Part shown: positions 17,225 through 25,300 of the stretch, one piece after another
Layout: each line of letters starts with the position of its first letter
Numbering within the stretch: position 1 is the first letter of the stretch
Assembly (NCBI GenBank): GCA_004124475.1
Contig: SCKK01000008.1
Location: forward strand, 8,075-40,074
DNA: 32,000 nucleotides
Direction: 5' to 3'
Origin: Fidelibacterota bacterium
GTDB taxonomy: Bacteria > Fidelibacterota > Marinisomatia > Marinisomatales > SCKK01
The notes under the pieces: generated by a model
Told to the model about the DNA's origin: nothing
Seen by the model: only the letters and a program-made list of their open reading frames with translations
Database searches by the model: none
Program-made: the position numbers and the translations under genes

Positions 17225-18588
17225 TTAATAAATACGGAAAAATTGTTCTTCTGGGATTGGCATTCGGGATGATGTTCCCACTTTTGGGGGTAACACGTGT
17301 GGCTAATATGTATCCAGGTTCAATGATAAAAATTCCAACCAGCAGCGCAGTCAGATCTCCATACCTTTTCAGCACCGGTTTTGCCACGGAAATTCATAGG
17401 TTTTCAGATCCTTTTAACACAGCTAGAGGCTTTTATTTTTCCATGGATTTGACCAACCGGTTTACTATGGGTTTTTCATCTGTACAGAGCGCTGATACCA
17501 CCGCTTTAGAAAATATTCTGACATCAACTCTCAGACCACCCATAGAGTTTGGTTTTCATATACAATATCGGGCATATGTTTATAATGACATTGCTTTCTC
17601 TGTGGGTATTCATGATATTGTTTTTAAAGATGACCCTACAAACGGTTTAAACTTAAATCCCAGGGATTTTTCTACTTTTCTGTCTATTGGCAGTGAGAAA
17701 ATTTTAGGGGAATATGGCCTTAGCACTTATATGGGTTTTGGCACAGGTGGTTTCAGTGCTCCGGATACTTCCTCTGTAGTAGTTGATACGGTTACAACAG
17801 GATCGAATTCAGGGATATTTGCTGGGTTTCTTCTTAAAACGCCATTCCTGCCCAAATGGGGCGGACTTGACTTTGTGGGTGAATTCGATGGTTCAGGCAT
17901 CAATGTGGGACTCCGCATCCCCCTTACCTCGGATTATCGCTTGACAGTAGGATTCACCCACTTAGAAAATTTACCTGCCTTTTCGGATGAACCTTATGGA
18001 CCTACTCACCCGGGGTTGATCATTGGTTTGGATATGTCGGTTCCGAGAGGGCCCAAAAGGGTTCCGGGTATACCCACTCCTGGTATTGTAAGGGGACCAT
18101 TACCCGCTCCTGAAATGGCGATGATGGATTCAGCCATGTTAGCAGCGGATTTCGCTGTGGCTGCACTCCGAGATTCAATCAGGATTAACCAGCTTGAGAT
18201 GAGAAATTTGATGACACAGGTAGCCAGTGTGCAGCATAAAGCATTTGTACTTGAAAATTCCGTGAAAGCCCTGAGTCTCGAAAAAGCCGTCGCACAGAGA
18301 AATATGAATCGTGCTATGCGCCATCTGTCAAGATCGCTCCGTTATTTTTATTCCGGAGACTATCGTGAGGCTCTGCAGGAGGTGGAGACTTCACTCGATC
18401 TGAATCCCAACCTGGCGCTTGCCTATGCCCGGAGAGGATCCATCTATTACAAGCTTGGAGATGTACAGCGGGCAACCATTAATTGGAATCTGGCATTGCA
18501 GATGGATCCGGAGTATGATGATGTGAGAAATATTTTAAAGGCGTTACATGAAAATCGCTTAAAAACAACCAGTTTTCGCAGGGAGTAA
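17221..18588 (+). CDS. Envelope protein: beta-rich N-terminal domain, Pro-rich linker, coiled coil, C-terminal TPR
   Basis: 455-aa ORF whose ATG overlaps the upstream stop (ATGA). Signal-like N-terminus and an alternating beta pattern (GFHIQYRAYVYNDIAFSVGIHDIVF...). PRGPKRVPGIPTPGIVRGPLPAPE linker and TPRs (ALAYARRGSIYYKLGDVQRATINWNLALQMDPEY). Confidence 0.75.
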   Translation: MINKYGKIVLLGLAFGMMFPLLGVTRVANMYPGSMIKIPTSSAVRSPYLFSTGFATEIHRFSDPFNTARGFYFSMDLTNRFTMGFSSVQSADTTALENILTSTLRPPIEFGFHIQYRAYVYNDIAFSVGIHDIVFKDDPTNGLNLNPRDFSTFLSIGSEKILGEYGLSTYMGFGTGGFSAPDTSSVVVDTVTTGSNSGIFAGFLLKTPFLPKWGGLDFVGEFDGSGINVGLRIPLTSDYRLTVGFTHLENLPAFSDEPYGPTHPGLIIGLDMSVPRGPKRVPGIPTPGIVRGPLPAPEMAMMDSAMLAADFAVAALRDSIRINQLEMRNLMTQVASVQHKAFVLENSVKALSLEKAVAQRNMNRAMRHLSRSLRYFYSGDYREALQEVETSLDLNPNLALAYARRGSIYYKLGDVQRATINWNLALQMDPEYDDVRNILKALHENRLKTTSFRRE

Positions 18589-18597
18589 AGGAGAGAT

Positions 18598-19371
18598 ATG
18601 GATATTGCAACAATAATAGGAATTATCGTTGGTATTGGAGCCATTAGTGGTGGGATTATACTACTTACTCCGGATTTTGCCATGTTTGGCTCGATATCGA
18701 GTTTTGCTATTGTATTTGGAGGAATGATAGCCTCTGTCTCGGTTGCTTTCCCTTTAGCGGAAGTTCTAAAATTGGGTTCGGCAATGGGAGCTGTTTTTAA
18801 AGGCGGGGATCTGAAATTAGGTACTGTTGTAGATGATGTTGTAGAAGTTTCGGGTGTAGCTCGTAAAGGGGCTGTTGAGTTGGAGAAGTCAGTGAGTGAA
18901 ATTAAAAACCCATTTTTTAGGGATGGTGTACAAATGGTGGTTGATGGATACGGTGCAGATGAGATTATCGATATTCTCGAAACACGAATCTCATATCGTG
19001 AGGTAAGAGAACGATCTCAAGCGGGACTTTTCCAAACCATGGGTGTGATGGCACCAGCTTGGGGGATGATCGGGACACTCATTGGTTTGGTCGTCATGCT
19101 GTCAGGTTTTGGCGGTGGCGGCGGAGCGGATGCCCTCGGTTCCGGTATGTCTGCAGCCCTCATCACCACATTTTACGGAGCGGTCATGGCTAACCTGTTC
19201 TTTCTTCCTATGGCAGCCAAACTAAATTCAAGGCTTACACACACCAGTACATTACAGGCGATGATAGTGGAGGGAGCCCGCTTGATTCACCAGACGAAAC
19301 ATCCCCTGATTGTTCGTGAGAAATTAAACTCTTTTATTCCACCCAAGGAGTGGAAGAGAGAAGGGGAATAA
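18598..19371 (+). CDS. motA: MotA/PomA-type stator proton-channel subunit
   Basis: 257-aa ORF with SD AAGGAGAG. It has 2 TM helices, a ~95-aa cytoplasmic loop, then 2 TM helices. MDIATIIGIIVGIG..., FFRDGVQMVVDGYGADEIIDILETRI, APAWGMIGTLIGLVVML and ALITTFYGAVMANLFFLPMAAKL follow the MotA/PomA pattern rather than 3-TM TolQ/ExbB. Confidence 0.85.
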   Translation: MDIATIIGIIVGIGAISGGIILLTPDFAMFGSISSFAIVFGGMIASVSVAFPLAEVLKLGSAMGAVFKGGDLKLGTVVDDVVEVSGVARKGAVELEKSVSEIKNPFFRDGVQMVVDGYGADEIIDILETRISYREVRERSQAGLFQTMGVMAPAWGMIGTLIGLVVMLSGFGGGGGADALGSGMSAALITTFYGAVMANLFFLPMAAKLNSRLTHTSTLQAMIVEGARLIHQTKHPLIVREKLNSFIPPKEWKREGE

Positions 19372-19374
19372 TCT

Positions 19375-20148
19375 TTGGCTAAAAAGCCGACACCTCCTCC
19401 CCCGGAAGTAGGTCTTCCAGGATGGTTCGCTACCTTTGCGGATATGATGACACTTCTTTTTGCGTTCTTTGTCCTGTTAGCTGCAATTTCTACTGTAGAT
19501 CCGGTGAAGTTACAACAGATGGCAGATTCCATGGGAAAATCGGTGGGAAAAAAATTGGAGATTGATAGCCAAGCTATGTCGCTCGGGGATATATACGAAG
19601 CATTGGAGGAAATGGTAGAGGAGATGGAACCAAGCCCCGAAACAGGAGAAAAACCCGTGGAAGTGAAGACGAGCACAAAAGGGGTAACTCTTGAGGTGTC
19701 ATCAGACATTAGTTTTGGTTCGGGGTCAGCGGAGCTGAAAGCGGCCATTCTTCCCACTCTAAAAAAATTAGTACCTTTTATTAACCGGTCTTATAATATG
19801 GTGGCAATCGAAGGACATACGGACAATGAACCGCTACCCGAAATATTTCATGATAAATTTCCCAGTAATTGGGAGTTATCCGGGGCAAGGGCTGCTGCTG
19901 TAGTCCGGGAATTTATAAGTTTGGGAGTAGATCCCACGAGGTTACAGTCGGTGGGTTATGCTGAATTTATTCCACGGGATGCGCCTACTGATCGCCTTAT
20001 CGACGAATCAATTATTCAAGAATTTAATTCCACACCTGGGAAAAAGGCGAAAAATAGGCGTGTGGGAATTACATTCCTTGCTACCAGTATAGACATACAA
20101 AAGAAAGAAGACTGGGATAAATCAAAAGAAGAATCCGGGAAAGAATAA
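19375..20148 (+). CDS. motB: MotB-type stator subunit with OmpA-like peptidoglycan-binding domain
   Basis: 257-aa ORF with TTG start 3 nt after motA. PGWFATFADMMTLLFAFFVLL carries the conserved channel Asp (D23). C-terminal VAIEGHTDNEP...WELSGARAAAVVREF...NRRVGITF is OmpA/MotB-like. Confidence 0.85.
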   Translation: MAKKPTPPPPEVGLPGWFATFADMMTLLFAFFVLLAAISTVDPVKLQQMADSMGKSVGKKLEIDSQAMSLGDIYEALEEMVEEMEPSPETGEKPVEVKTSTKGVTLEVSSDISFGSGSAELKAAILPTLKKLVPFINRSYNMVAIEGHTDNEPLPEIFHDKFPSNWELSGARAAAVVREFISLGVDPTRLQSVGYAEFIPRDAPTDRLIDESIIQEFNSTPGKKAKNRRVGITFLATSIDIQKKEDWDKSKEESGKE

Positions 20149-20170
20149 TTTTTTACAAGAAGGAGACATT

Positions 20171-21730
20171 ATGAGAAAACATCTTATACTAACTATCGCT
20201 CTGGCTGTAGGATCTTTATTCACGCTTACTCAGTCACAGGAAACATCCTATTTAGCTCAGAAGCTGATGTTGGAAAATGATTTGCGCAGCCGTATCAATG
20301 GAGCATTGGAAAAAATCTTGGATGATCATCGATATGTTTTAGATGTATCCGTAGAATTATCTCTTACCCCCACGGTTAAGGAAGAAGTCACATTCAGACC
20401 AATCACAAAAAAAGGTGCTGAACGGGGTAGGAAAAAACTATACGGGGAAGAAACAGGGCCTTTATTGGAAGCAGGCAGGGATCGCAAATCTCGCCTGACT
20501 GGAATTCCCATTCCGGGGTTTGATTTTCAGATTGAAGAAGAACCTGAAGTACCTACGGAAAGACTTTCAGAAATAAAAGAAGAGGAAGGGATGGAACAAG
20601 CTTTCCCCTCGCAAGCTCAAATAATGACCCAATCTTATACTGATATCACAGCTTCAAGACCCATCATTGAAAAATTGGAGATCAGTTGTATCCTGCCTGA
20701 GGGTTCTGCCCCTGAACTTATTGAGAACGTCCGTCAAATTATTATGGTGGCTTCACACTTTAATCGGAGCAGAGGTGATATGTTAAGCATCATGACCGCT
20801 TCATTCAGGGAGAGAAGAGACCAGCGAACGGCTGAGTCCATCATCTTAAGAAGTATTGCCGAAAAAATTGATAAGCTTGAGAGAGAAAAAGAAACCGGTG
20901 TGAGTGAAGAAAAGGCAGAAGTAGACTGGCAGGAGGAATTTCTTCAGTGGAAGGAAGAAGAAACCCGCCGTCGGGAGGATGATCGTGCAATGTTTCTTGC
21001 AGAATTGAAGAAATTGGAAGATGAGCGAGTACTCCGCAATTTGGAACGTGAAAAGAAAACCATTCTAAAAAGGGATTCTCTCAAGACTGAAGAGATTAAG
21101 GTATTAAAAGAATTACTTGCATCAGCTCAGCTATCAAAGACGGAAACCGAGGCAGTCCAAGAAGAAGTGGCAGTAAAGGAAAAGGAGATCGCCGATCTGG
21201 ATACTCTCAGGAAAAAGATGGAAGAGTTTGAAGCAGCGATGCTTCAGGACACTGAAAGTTGGGTAAGAGAATCTCGAGGAGGAATAGGTAATCTACCCAT
21301 TTATCTCATGAGCGCAATTTCGTTATTAGCTGTGATGGCGTTGGCAGCGGTGATTATTTTCAACGGGCGGAAGCCGAAGTATGTTATGCCCCCACCGTGG
21401 GCTATGCCTCGTCCTCCCAGGAAAAAAAAAGTATCTAAGAAGCCTATAGAGGAGCAGGATGAGGCAAAACCCGGACCGTTTGCGCCTGCACCAGTAGCAA
21501 CAGCCCCCCTTGGTCAGGAACCATCAGCTGTTGCTGGAGATCCTGCGGTATTGCAGTCTGAAATCAAGTCTGTCCGCCAGTCTATCGTATCTATGAGTGT
21601 TGGGCAACCACAGACTGCCACATCAATTGTGAAAGAGTGGCTTCAGGAAGAAGCTCCTCCTCCGCCTGAAGAACCGGCTGCAGCCCCAGAGGCGCCGGAA
21701 GAAGAGGAAGGCAAAAAGAAGAAAAAGTAG
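20171..21730 (+). CDS. Reduced FliF/YscJ-like ring protein with inserted periplasmic coiled coil and FliF-like cytoplasmic tail
   Basis: 519-aa ORF with SD AAGGAGA and an N-terminal signal/anchor. aa 30-66 LMLENDLRSRINGALEKILDDHRYVLDVSVELSL resembles the YscJ/FliF ring-building motif. aa 161-212 IEKLEISCILPEG...VRQIIMVASHFNRSRGDMLSIMTASF resembles the FliF block ending ...GFxxxRGDxLxVxxxxF. E/K/R coiled coil at aa ~213-366 and a TM helix at 374-397. The tail QPQTATSIVKEWLQEE resembles the FliG-binding FliF C-terminus (...V.RxWL.E). Confidence 0.55.
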   Translation: MRKHLILTIALAVGSLFTLTQSQETSYLAQKLMLENDLRSRINGALEKILDDHRYVLDVSVELSLTPTVKEEVTFRPITKKGAERGRKKLYGEETGPLLEAGRDRKSRLTGIPIPGFDFQIEEEPEVPTERLSEIKEEEGMEQAFPSQAQIMTQSYTDITASRPIIEKLEISCILPEGSAPELIENVRQIIMVASHFNRSRGDMLSIMTASFRERRDQRTAESIILRSIAEKIDKLEREKETGVSEEKAEVDWQEEFLQWKEEETRRREDDRAMFLAELKKLEDERVLRNLEREKKTILKRDSLKTEEIKVLKELLASAQLSKTETEAVQEEVAVKEKEIADLDTLRKKMEEFEAAMLQDTESWVRESRGGIGNLPIYLMSAISLLAVMALAAVIIFNGRKPKYVMPPPWAMPRPPRKKKVSKKPIEEQDEAKPGPFAPAPVATAPLGQEPSAVAGDPAVLQSEIKSVRQSIVSMSVGQPQTATSIVKEWLQEEAPPPPEEPAAAPEAPEEEEGKKKKK

Positions 21731-21739
21731 AGGCGTAGA

Positions 21740-22669
21740 ATGATTACAGATTATAATAGATTGTCAGGGTTGGATAAAGTAGCAATTCTTTTTTCTGTGT
21801 TAGGAGAAAGTTTAGCCATAACCCTGATTAAAGGTTTGCCAGAAACAGATGTTCGGAAGATTAGAGCACGAATTCGCGAAATGGGTACTGTTGTTTTTTC
21901 TGTTAAAAAGAAAGTAGTAGAAGAGTTCTATCTGGCATTAATTTCCAAGAAATTCCAGGATGACGGCAAAGGAGACACAAAACGTCCATTTGCTTTTCTG
22001 GATGAAATGGCAGATGAACAAATTATTGCTCTTTTAGAAATAGAGGAGCCCAGGATTGTTGCCATGACTTTAGCGCAGGTTTCTCCGGAGAGTCAAATGA
22101 AGGTAATAAACAAATTGGAACCTGATAAAAAAGGACGAGTCCTTATGGAAATGGGACGTCTTGACGATGTTTCATTGGAAGCTGTGGTGAATATCGCCTC
22201 AGAACTCGAAGAGAAGTCTCATTTTCTCCCCAGAGCTGTGGATTTTTCCAGGGGTGGTGGAAAGAGTATAGCCAAGATCTTAGGACAGATGAGTTCAGAT
22301 GAGGAAGAGAAGTATCTGGAAGCTATCAGTCGTGAATCACCCGAGCTGGCGGAAGAGGTGAAAAAATATCATTTAACCTTCGATAATATTTTGACATTCC
22401 CTGGGAATATTGTAAGGGATCTGATGAATTCTGTGGATTTGGATACAATTGCCATGGCTTTAAAGGGACAGTCGGAAGAAACGGTGAACGCGATACTCGA
22501 GAATCTCCCAAAAAAGAAACAGGCAATGTTTGAACCTATCGAGAGGGCAATTGCCAAGCGGGATGTGGATAAAGCCAAGAAGACCATTGTTGATGCAGCC
22601 CGCCAAATGGAAAAGGAGGGTCGTTTCAATCTTGAGGATATTTTAGGTGGCGGTGAAATGGTGGAATGA
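21740..22669 (+). CDS. FliG-like rotor/switch protein (N, M and C domains)
   Basis: 309-aa ORF. LSGLDKVAILFSVLGESLAITLIKGLPETDVRKI is FliG-N-like. FAFLDEMADEQIIALLEIEEPRIVAMTLAQVSPESQMKVINKL is FliG-M-like. GGGKSIAKILGQM...ESPELAEEVKKYHLTFDNILTFPGNIVRDLMNSVDLDTIAMALKGQSEETVNAILENLPKKKQ...VDKAKKTIVDAARQMEKEGRF is FliG-C-like. Confidence 0.7.
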   Translation: MITDYNRLSGLDKVAILFSVLGESLAITLIKGLPETDVRKIRARIREMGTVVFSVKKKVVEEFYLALISKKFQDDGKGDTKRPFAFLDEMADEQIIALLEIEEPRIVAMTLAQVSPESQMKVINKLEPDKKGRVLMEMGRLDDVSLEAVVNIASELEEKSHFLPRAVDFSRGGGKSIAKILGQMSSDEEEKYLEAISRESPELAEEVKKYHLTFDNILTFPGNIVRDLMNSVDLDTIAMALKGQSEETVNAILENLPKKKQAMFEPIERAIAKRDVDKAKKTIVDAARQMEKEGRFNLEDILGGGEMVE

Positions 22670-22700
22670 TTTCCCAACCTTTGAATGAGTTTAATCGAAG

Positions 22701-22736
22701 AAGCCTTCCCTGAGCAATATTGGGAAGGCTTTTTCT
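22701..22736 (+). terminator. Intrinsic terminator of the seven-gene operon
   Basis: AAGCCTTCCC (22701-22710), an 11-nt loop, GGGAAGGCTT (22722-22731), then TTTT. It starts 32 nt after the FliG-like stop. Confidence 0.75.
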
Positions 22737-22781
22737 CCTGTAAATAGCATTGAGCATGGAACCAAGCACCCCGACACTTCG

Positions 22782-22975
22782 TGTACCTGCCCGTCCGGCA
22801 GGCCGGGCGGGATTTCCCTGCCTGGTCGGCAGACAGGGAGCAGGGAAAATGCAGCAAGTATTAAGTAACAATTTTCAAGTTTCCCTGAACGGTCGTTCCG
22901 AAGGAGTGTCTACGACAAAAGCTTCCTATTGGGCTGCCAAGTTTCATCCTGAAGTTTCGGGACTACAGGGCAGGT
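22782..22975. repeat. GC-rich composite repeat block (CCTGCC-N5-GGCAGG hairpins, CATCCTGAAGTTTCGGGA half-site, ACCTGCCC/GGGCAGGT ends)
   Basis: Hairpins at 22786-22802 and 22818-22832. TGTACCTGCCCG (22782-22793) is the reverse complement of 4234-4245. 22945-22962 is identical to 4091-4108. 8-bp terminal inverted repeat at 22785-22792 / 22968-22975. Confidence 0.6.
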
Positions 22976-23008
22976 TGCTTCGTATATTTTAACCTGAATG
23001 GAGAAAAA

Positions 23009-23800
23009 ATGAAAAATACATTTGTTAGCTCACAGAGTTATGTCCATCCGAAGGATCCTGCGGACAGGACCTTTCGGATGGACAGGATCTTTATGATCTA
23101 TTTGGGTCTAATGTCAGCAAGTACGTTATTTGCTGGAAAGTGGGAATATTCCATTAATGGAGCATTAAAAACCCAAACCGGTAATACTGATGTGTCATCT
23201 TTTTCTGTTGCTCTGTCGAGTCAACATGAGGGTGATTTTACTATAGGTTCATGGACTCTAAAAGATGCGGAAATTAAGTTTTCCATTAGTCACAGTAGGG
23301 GGAAATTAAAAGATGTGTTGTATGAGAATGATGGAAACGCCAGTTTCCTATTGAATTACCATGCCAATCAAAAGTTTTCCCCATTTTTCCATTTCTATTT
23401 TGAGTTTGATTCAACAGCATCTCTTGAAAACAGGACACAGATGGGCTTTGGGGCTAAATATAGTATTACAAAACCGTTTTCAATCAGTATCCTAGGTCTG
23501 TGGGAATTGGAAGATTATGTGGGTGAAGATCAAGCAAGTCAATTACGGTGGTCAATCCGACCAAAATATAAAAAGAGTTTTAATTCGGGTGTATCAGTAA
23601 GCTACGTTGCTTTCTATAAACCGTTGCAACGTGATTTTAATAATTATCTTTTGGAACACTATGCGACAGTATCTTTAGCCACAAAAATATCCTGGTTAAG
23701 TGTTAATGTAACTTTGGAGGATAAATTCAACTCTCGACCACCTGCCGATACAAAGAAAAAAGACGTGGATGTAACCGTTGGCATAACCTTAACATTTTAA
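23009..23800 (+). CDS. DUF481-like outer-membrane beta-barrel protein
   Basis: 263-aa ORF with SD GGAG before ATG 23009. Alternative starts are 23078 or 23093, because codons 12-25 are encoded by the hairpin at 23043-23082. Signal-like IFMIYLGLMSASTLFA, a TGNTD block, alternating beta pattern and terminal ...VGITLTF. Confidence 0.6.
   Translation: MKNTFVSSQSYVHPKDPADRTFRMDRIFMIYLGLMSASTLFAGKWEYSINGALKTQTGNTDVSSFSVALSSQHEGDFTIGSWTLKDAEIKFSISHSRGKLKDVLYENDGNASFLLNYHANQKFSPFFHFYFEFDSTASLENRTQMGFGAKYSITKPFSISILGLWELEDYVGEDQASQLRWSIRPKYKKSFNSGVSVSYVAFYKPLQRDFNNYLLEHYATVSLATKISWLSVNVTLEDKFNSRPPADTKKKDVDVTVGITLTF
23043..23082. repeat. ~17-bp-stem hairpin (TCCATCCGAAGGATCCTG cgga CAGGACCTTTCGGATGGA) inside the 5' end of the OMP ORF
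   Basis: Nested inverted repeats read directly from the sequence. ATCCGAAGGATCCT (23046-23059) is identical to 14547-14560. The right arm contains the alternative ATG 23078. Confidence 0.7.
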
Positions 23801-23848
23801 TTATTTGTTAACCTGGTAAAGGGTCACACATATTTTAAGGAGAGAAGG

Positions 23849-25264
23849 ATGGAGAAGGAAATTCATCAGCTTAACAAAGCAGGGACCACATTCCGCACGA
23901 TTATTGAGCCGTTTAAAATCAAAACGGTAGAACCTCTCTGGATGACAACAGCGGAAGAGCGACAGAAGATTTTAAAGAATGTACACTACAACGTCTTTTT
24001 GATACAGGCTCAGGACGTCATCATCGATCTGCTCACAGACAGCGGCACCAGCGCTATGAGTTCGGAACAGTGGGCGGGCGTCATGCGTGGGGATGAAGCG
24101 TATGCCGGAAGTCGGAGTTATCAGAGATTTGAAGCCGTTGTCCATGAAATCTTTGGATTTAAGCATATCATCCCAACTCATCAGGGAAGAGCTGCGGAGA
24201 GAATCCTCTTTTCTGTGATGTGTAAAGAGGGAGACATCGTGCCAAACAACACCCATTTTGATACAACCCGGGCTAACGTGGAATTCCGGGGAGCCATAGC
24301 CGTAGACCTCCTCATCGATGAGGGGAAAGATACACAGAGCAAATACCCGTTTAAGGGAAACATGGATCTGGAAAAACTGAAAGCTCTTATCGATAAAGAA
24401 GGTGCCAAGAAAATCCCGCTATGTATGATTACCGTTACGAATAATTCCAGTGGTGGGCAGCCCGTGTCCATGACGAATATTAGGGCAGTTAAAAAGATTT
24501 TAGATGAGTATGGAGTTCCATTGTATTTAGATGCCTGTAGATTTGCAGAGAACGCTTATTTTATTAAACTTCGGGAAGATGGATATGAGAAAAAGTCTGT
24601 GGAAGAAATTGTTAAGGAAATGATGGGTTATGCTGATGGGTGCACCATGAGCGCCAAGAAAGATGGATTGACGAACATCGGCGGGTTTCTCTGCACAAAT
24701 GATGACATTCTTGCCCAACAGGAGCGGGATCTATTGATCATTTCTGAGGGATTCCCAACCTATGGAGGATTAGCCGGCAGAGATCTGGAAGCTATTGCCA
24801 TTGGACTGAAGGAAGTGCTTCACGAGGATTATCTGCTCTACCGGCTTGCTGAGACGCAGTACCTTGGTGAGCATCTGGATGAGATTGGATTCCCCATAGT
24901 TCAGCCGCCGGGAGGCCACGCTATTTACATCGATGCCAAAACCATGCTGCCGCATATTCCAGCAAGCCAGTATCCGGGACAGGCGTTGGTGGTTGAATTA
25001 TATCAGGTTGGAGGCATTCGTGCAGTTGAGATCGGATCGATTATGTTTGGGAAGGTAGATGAGGATACGGGGGAGGAAATTCCTGCAGAAATGGAGCTGG
25101 TCAGGTTGGCAATCCCGAGAAGGGTTTACACTCAAAGTCATATCGATTATGTAATTGAAGCCTGCAAGCGCGTTTGGGAAAATCGAGATGCGCTCAGGGG
25201 ATATAAAATTGTGGAGCAGGCAAAATTCCTGAGGCACTTTACAGCGAAGTTTGAGCCGGTTTAA
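23849..25264 (+). CDS. tnaA: Tryptophanase-family beta-eliminating lyase (tryptophanase / tyrosine phenol-lyase)
   Basis: 471-aa ORF with SD AAGGAGAG. IDLLTDSGTSAMS, GDEAYAGSRSY, IIPTHQGRAAE, the PLP-lysine block MSAKKDGLTNIGGFL, EGFPTYGGLAGRDLEA, LPHIPASQYPGQALVVELYQVGGIRAVEIGS and LRHFTAKFEPV. It looks closer to TnaA than to Tpl by eye, but substrate specificity is not proven. Confidence 0.85.
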   Translation: MEKEIHQLNKAGTTFRTIIEPFKIKTVEPLWMTTAEERQKILKNVHYNVFLIQAQDVIIDLLTDSGTSAMSSEQWAGVMRGDEAYAGSRSYQRFEAVVHEIFGFKHIIPTHQGRAAERILFSVMCKEGDIVPNNTHFDTTRANVEFRGAIAVDLLIDEGKDTQSKYPFKGNMDLEKLKALIDKEGAKKIPLCMITVTNNSSGGQPVSMTNIRAVKKILDEYGVPLYLDACRFAENAYFIKLREDGYEKKSVEEIVKEMMGYADGCTMSAKKDGLTNIGGFLCTNDDILAQQERDLLIISEGFPTYGGLAGRDLEAIAIGLKEVLHEDYLLYRLAETQYLGEHLDEIGFPIVQPPGGHAIYIDAKTMLPHIPASQYPGQALVVELYQVGGIRAVEIGSIMFGKVDEDTGEEIPAEMELVRLAIPRRVYTQSHIDYVIEACKRVWENRDALRGYKIVEQAKFLRHFTAKFEPV

Positions 25265-25273
25265 CAAAAAGGA

Positions 25274-25290
25274 AAAAGATGTCATCTTTT
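25274..25290. repeat. Palindrome AAAAGATGTCATCTTTT (family AAAGATGWCATCTTT)
   Basis: 17-nt palindrome 10 nt after the tnaA stop. Other members are at 27716-27730, 28380-28396 and 28399-28414. The core ATGACATC also occurs in the terminator at 29634-29669. Confidence 0.8.
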
Positions 25291-25300
25291 ATTGGAAGCC

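Noticed and set aside
16193-20148. Reading the YbgF-like TPR protein, the MotA/TolQ-family channel and the OmpA-domain protein as a Tol-Pal or ExbBD-TonB system
   Set aside because: The channel protein has the 4-TM MotA topology with a ~95-aa cytoplasmic loop and MotA-type blocks. Its partner is a 257-aa MotB-type protein (plug/TM with Asp plus an OmpA domain), not a ~140-aa TolR/ExbD. No TolA/TolB/Pal-like genes are present, and FliF-/FliG-like genes follow.
22369-22992. ORFs 22369-22857(-), 22626-22871(-) and 22750-22992(+), 80-162 aa
   Set aside because: They are either antisense to the FliG-like gene or run through the terminator and the GC-rich hairpin repeats (R/P/G/A-rich translations). 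There is no coding signal.
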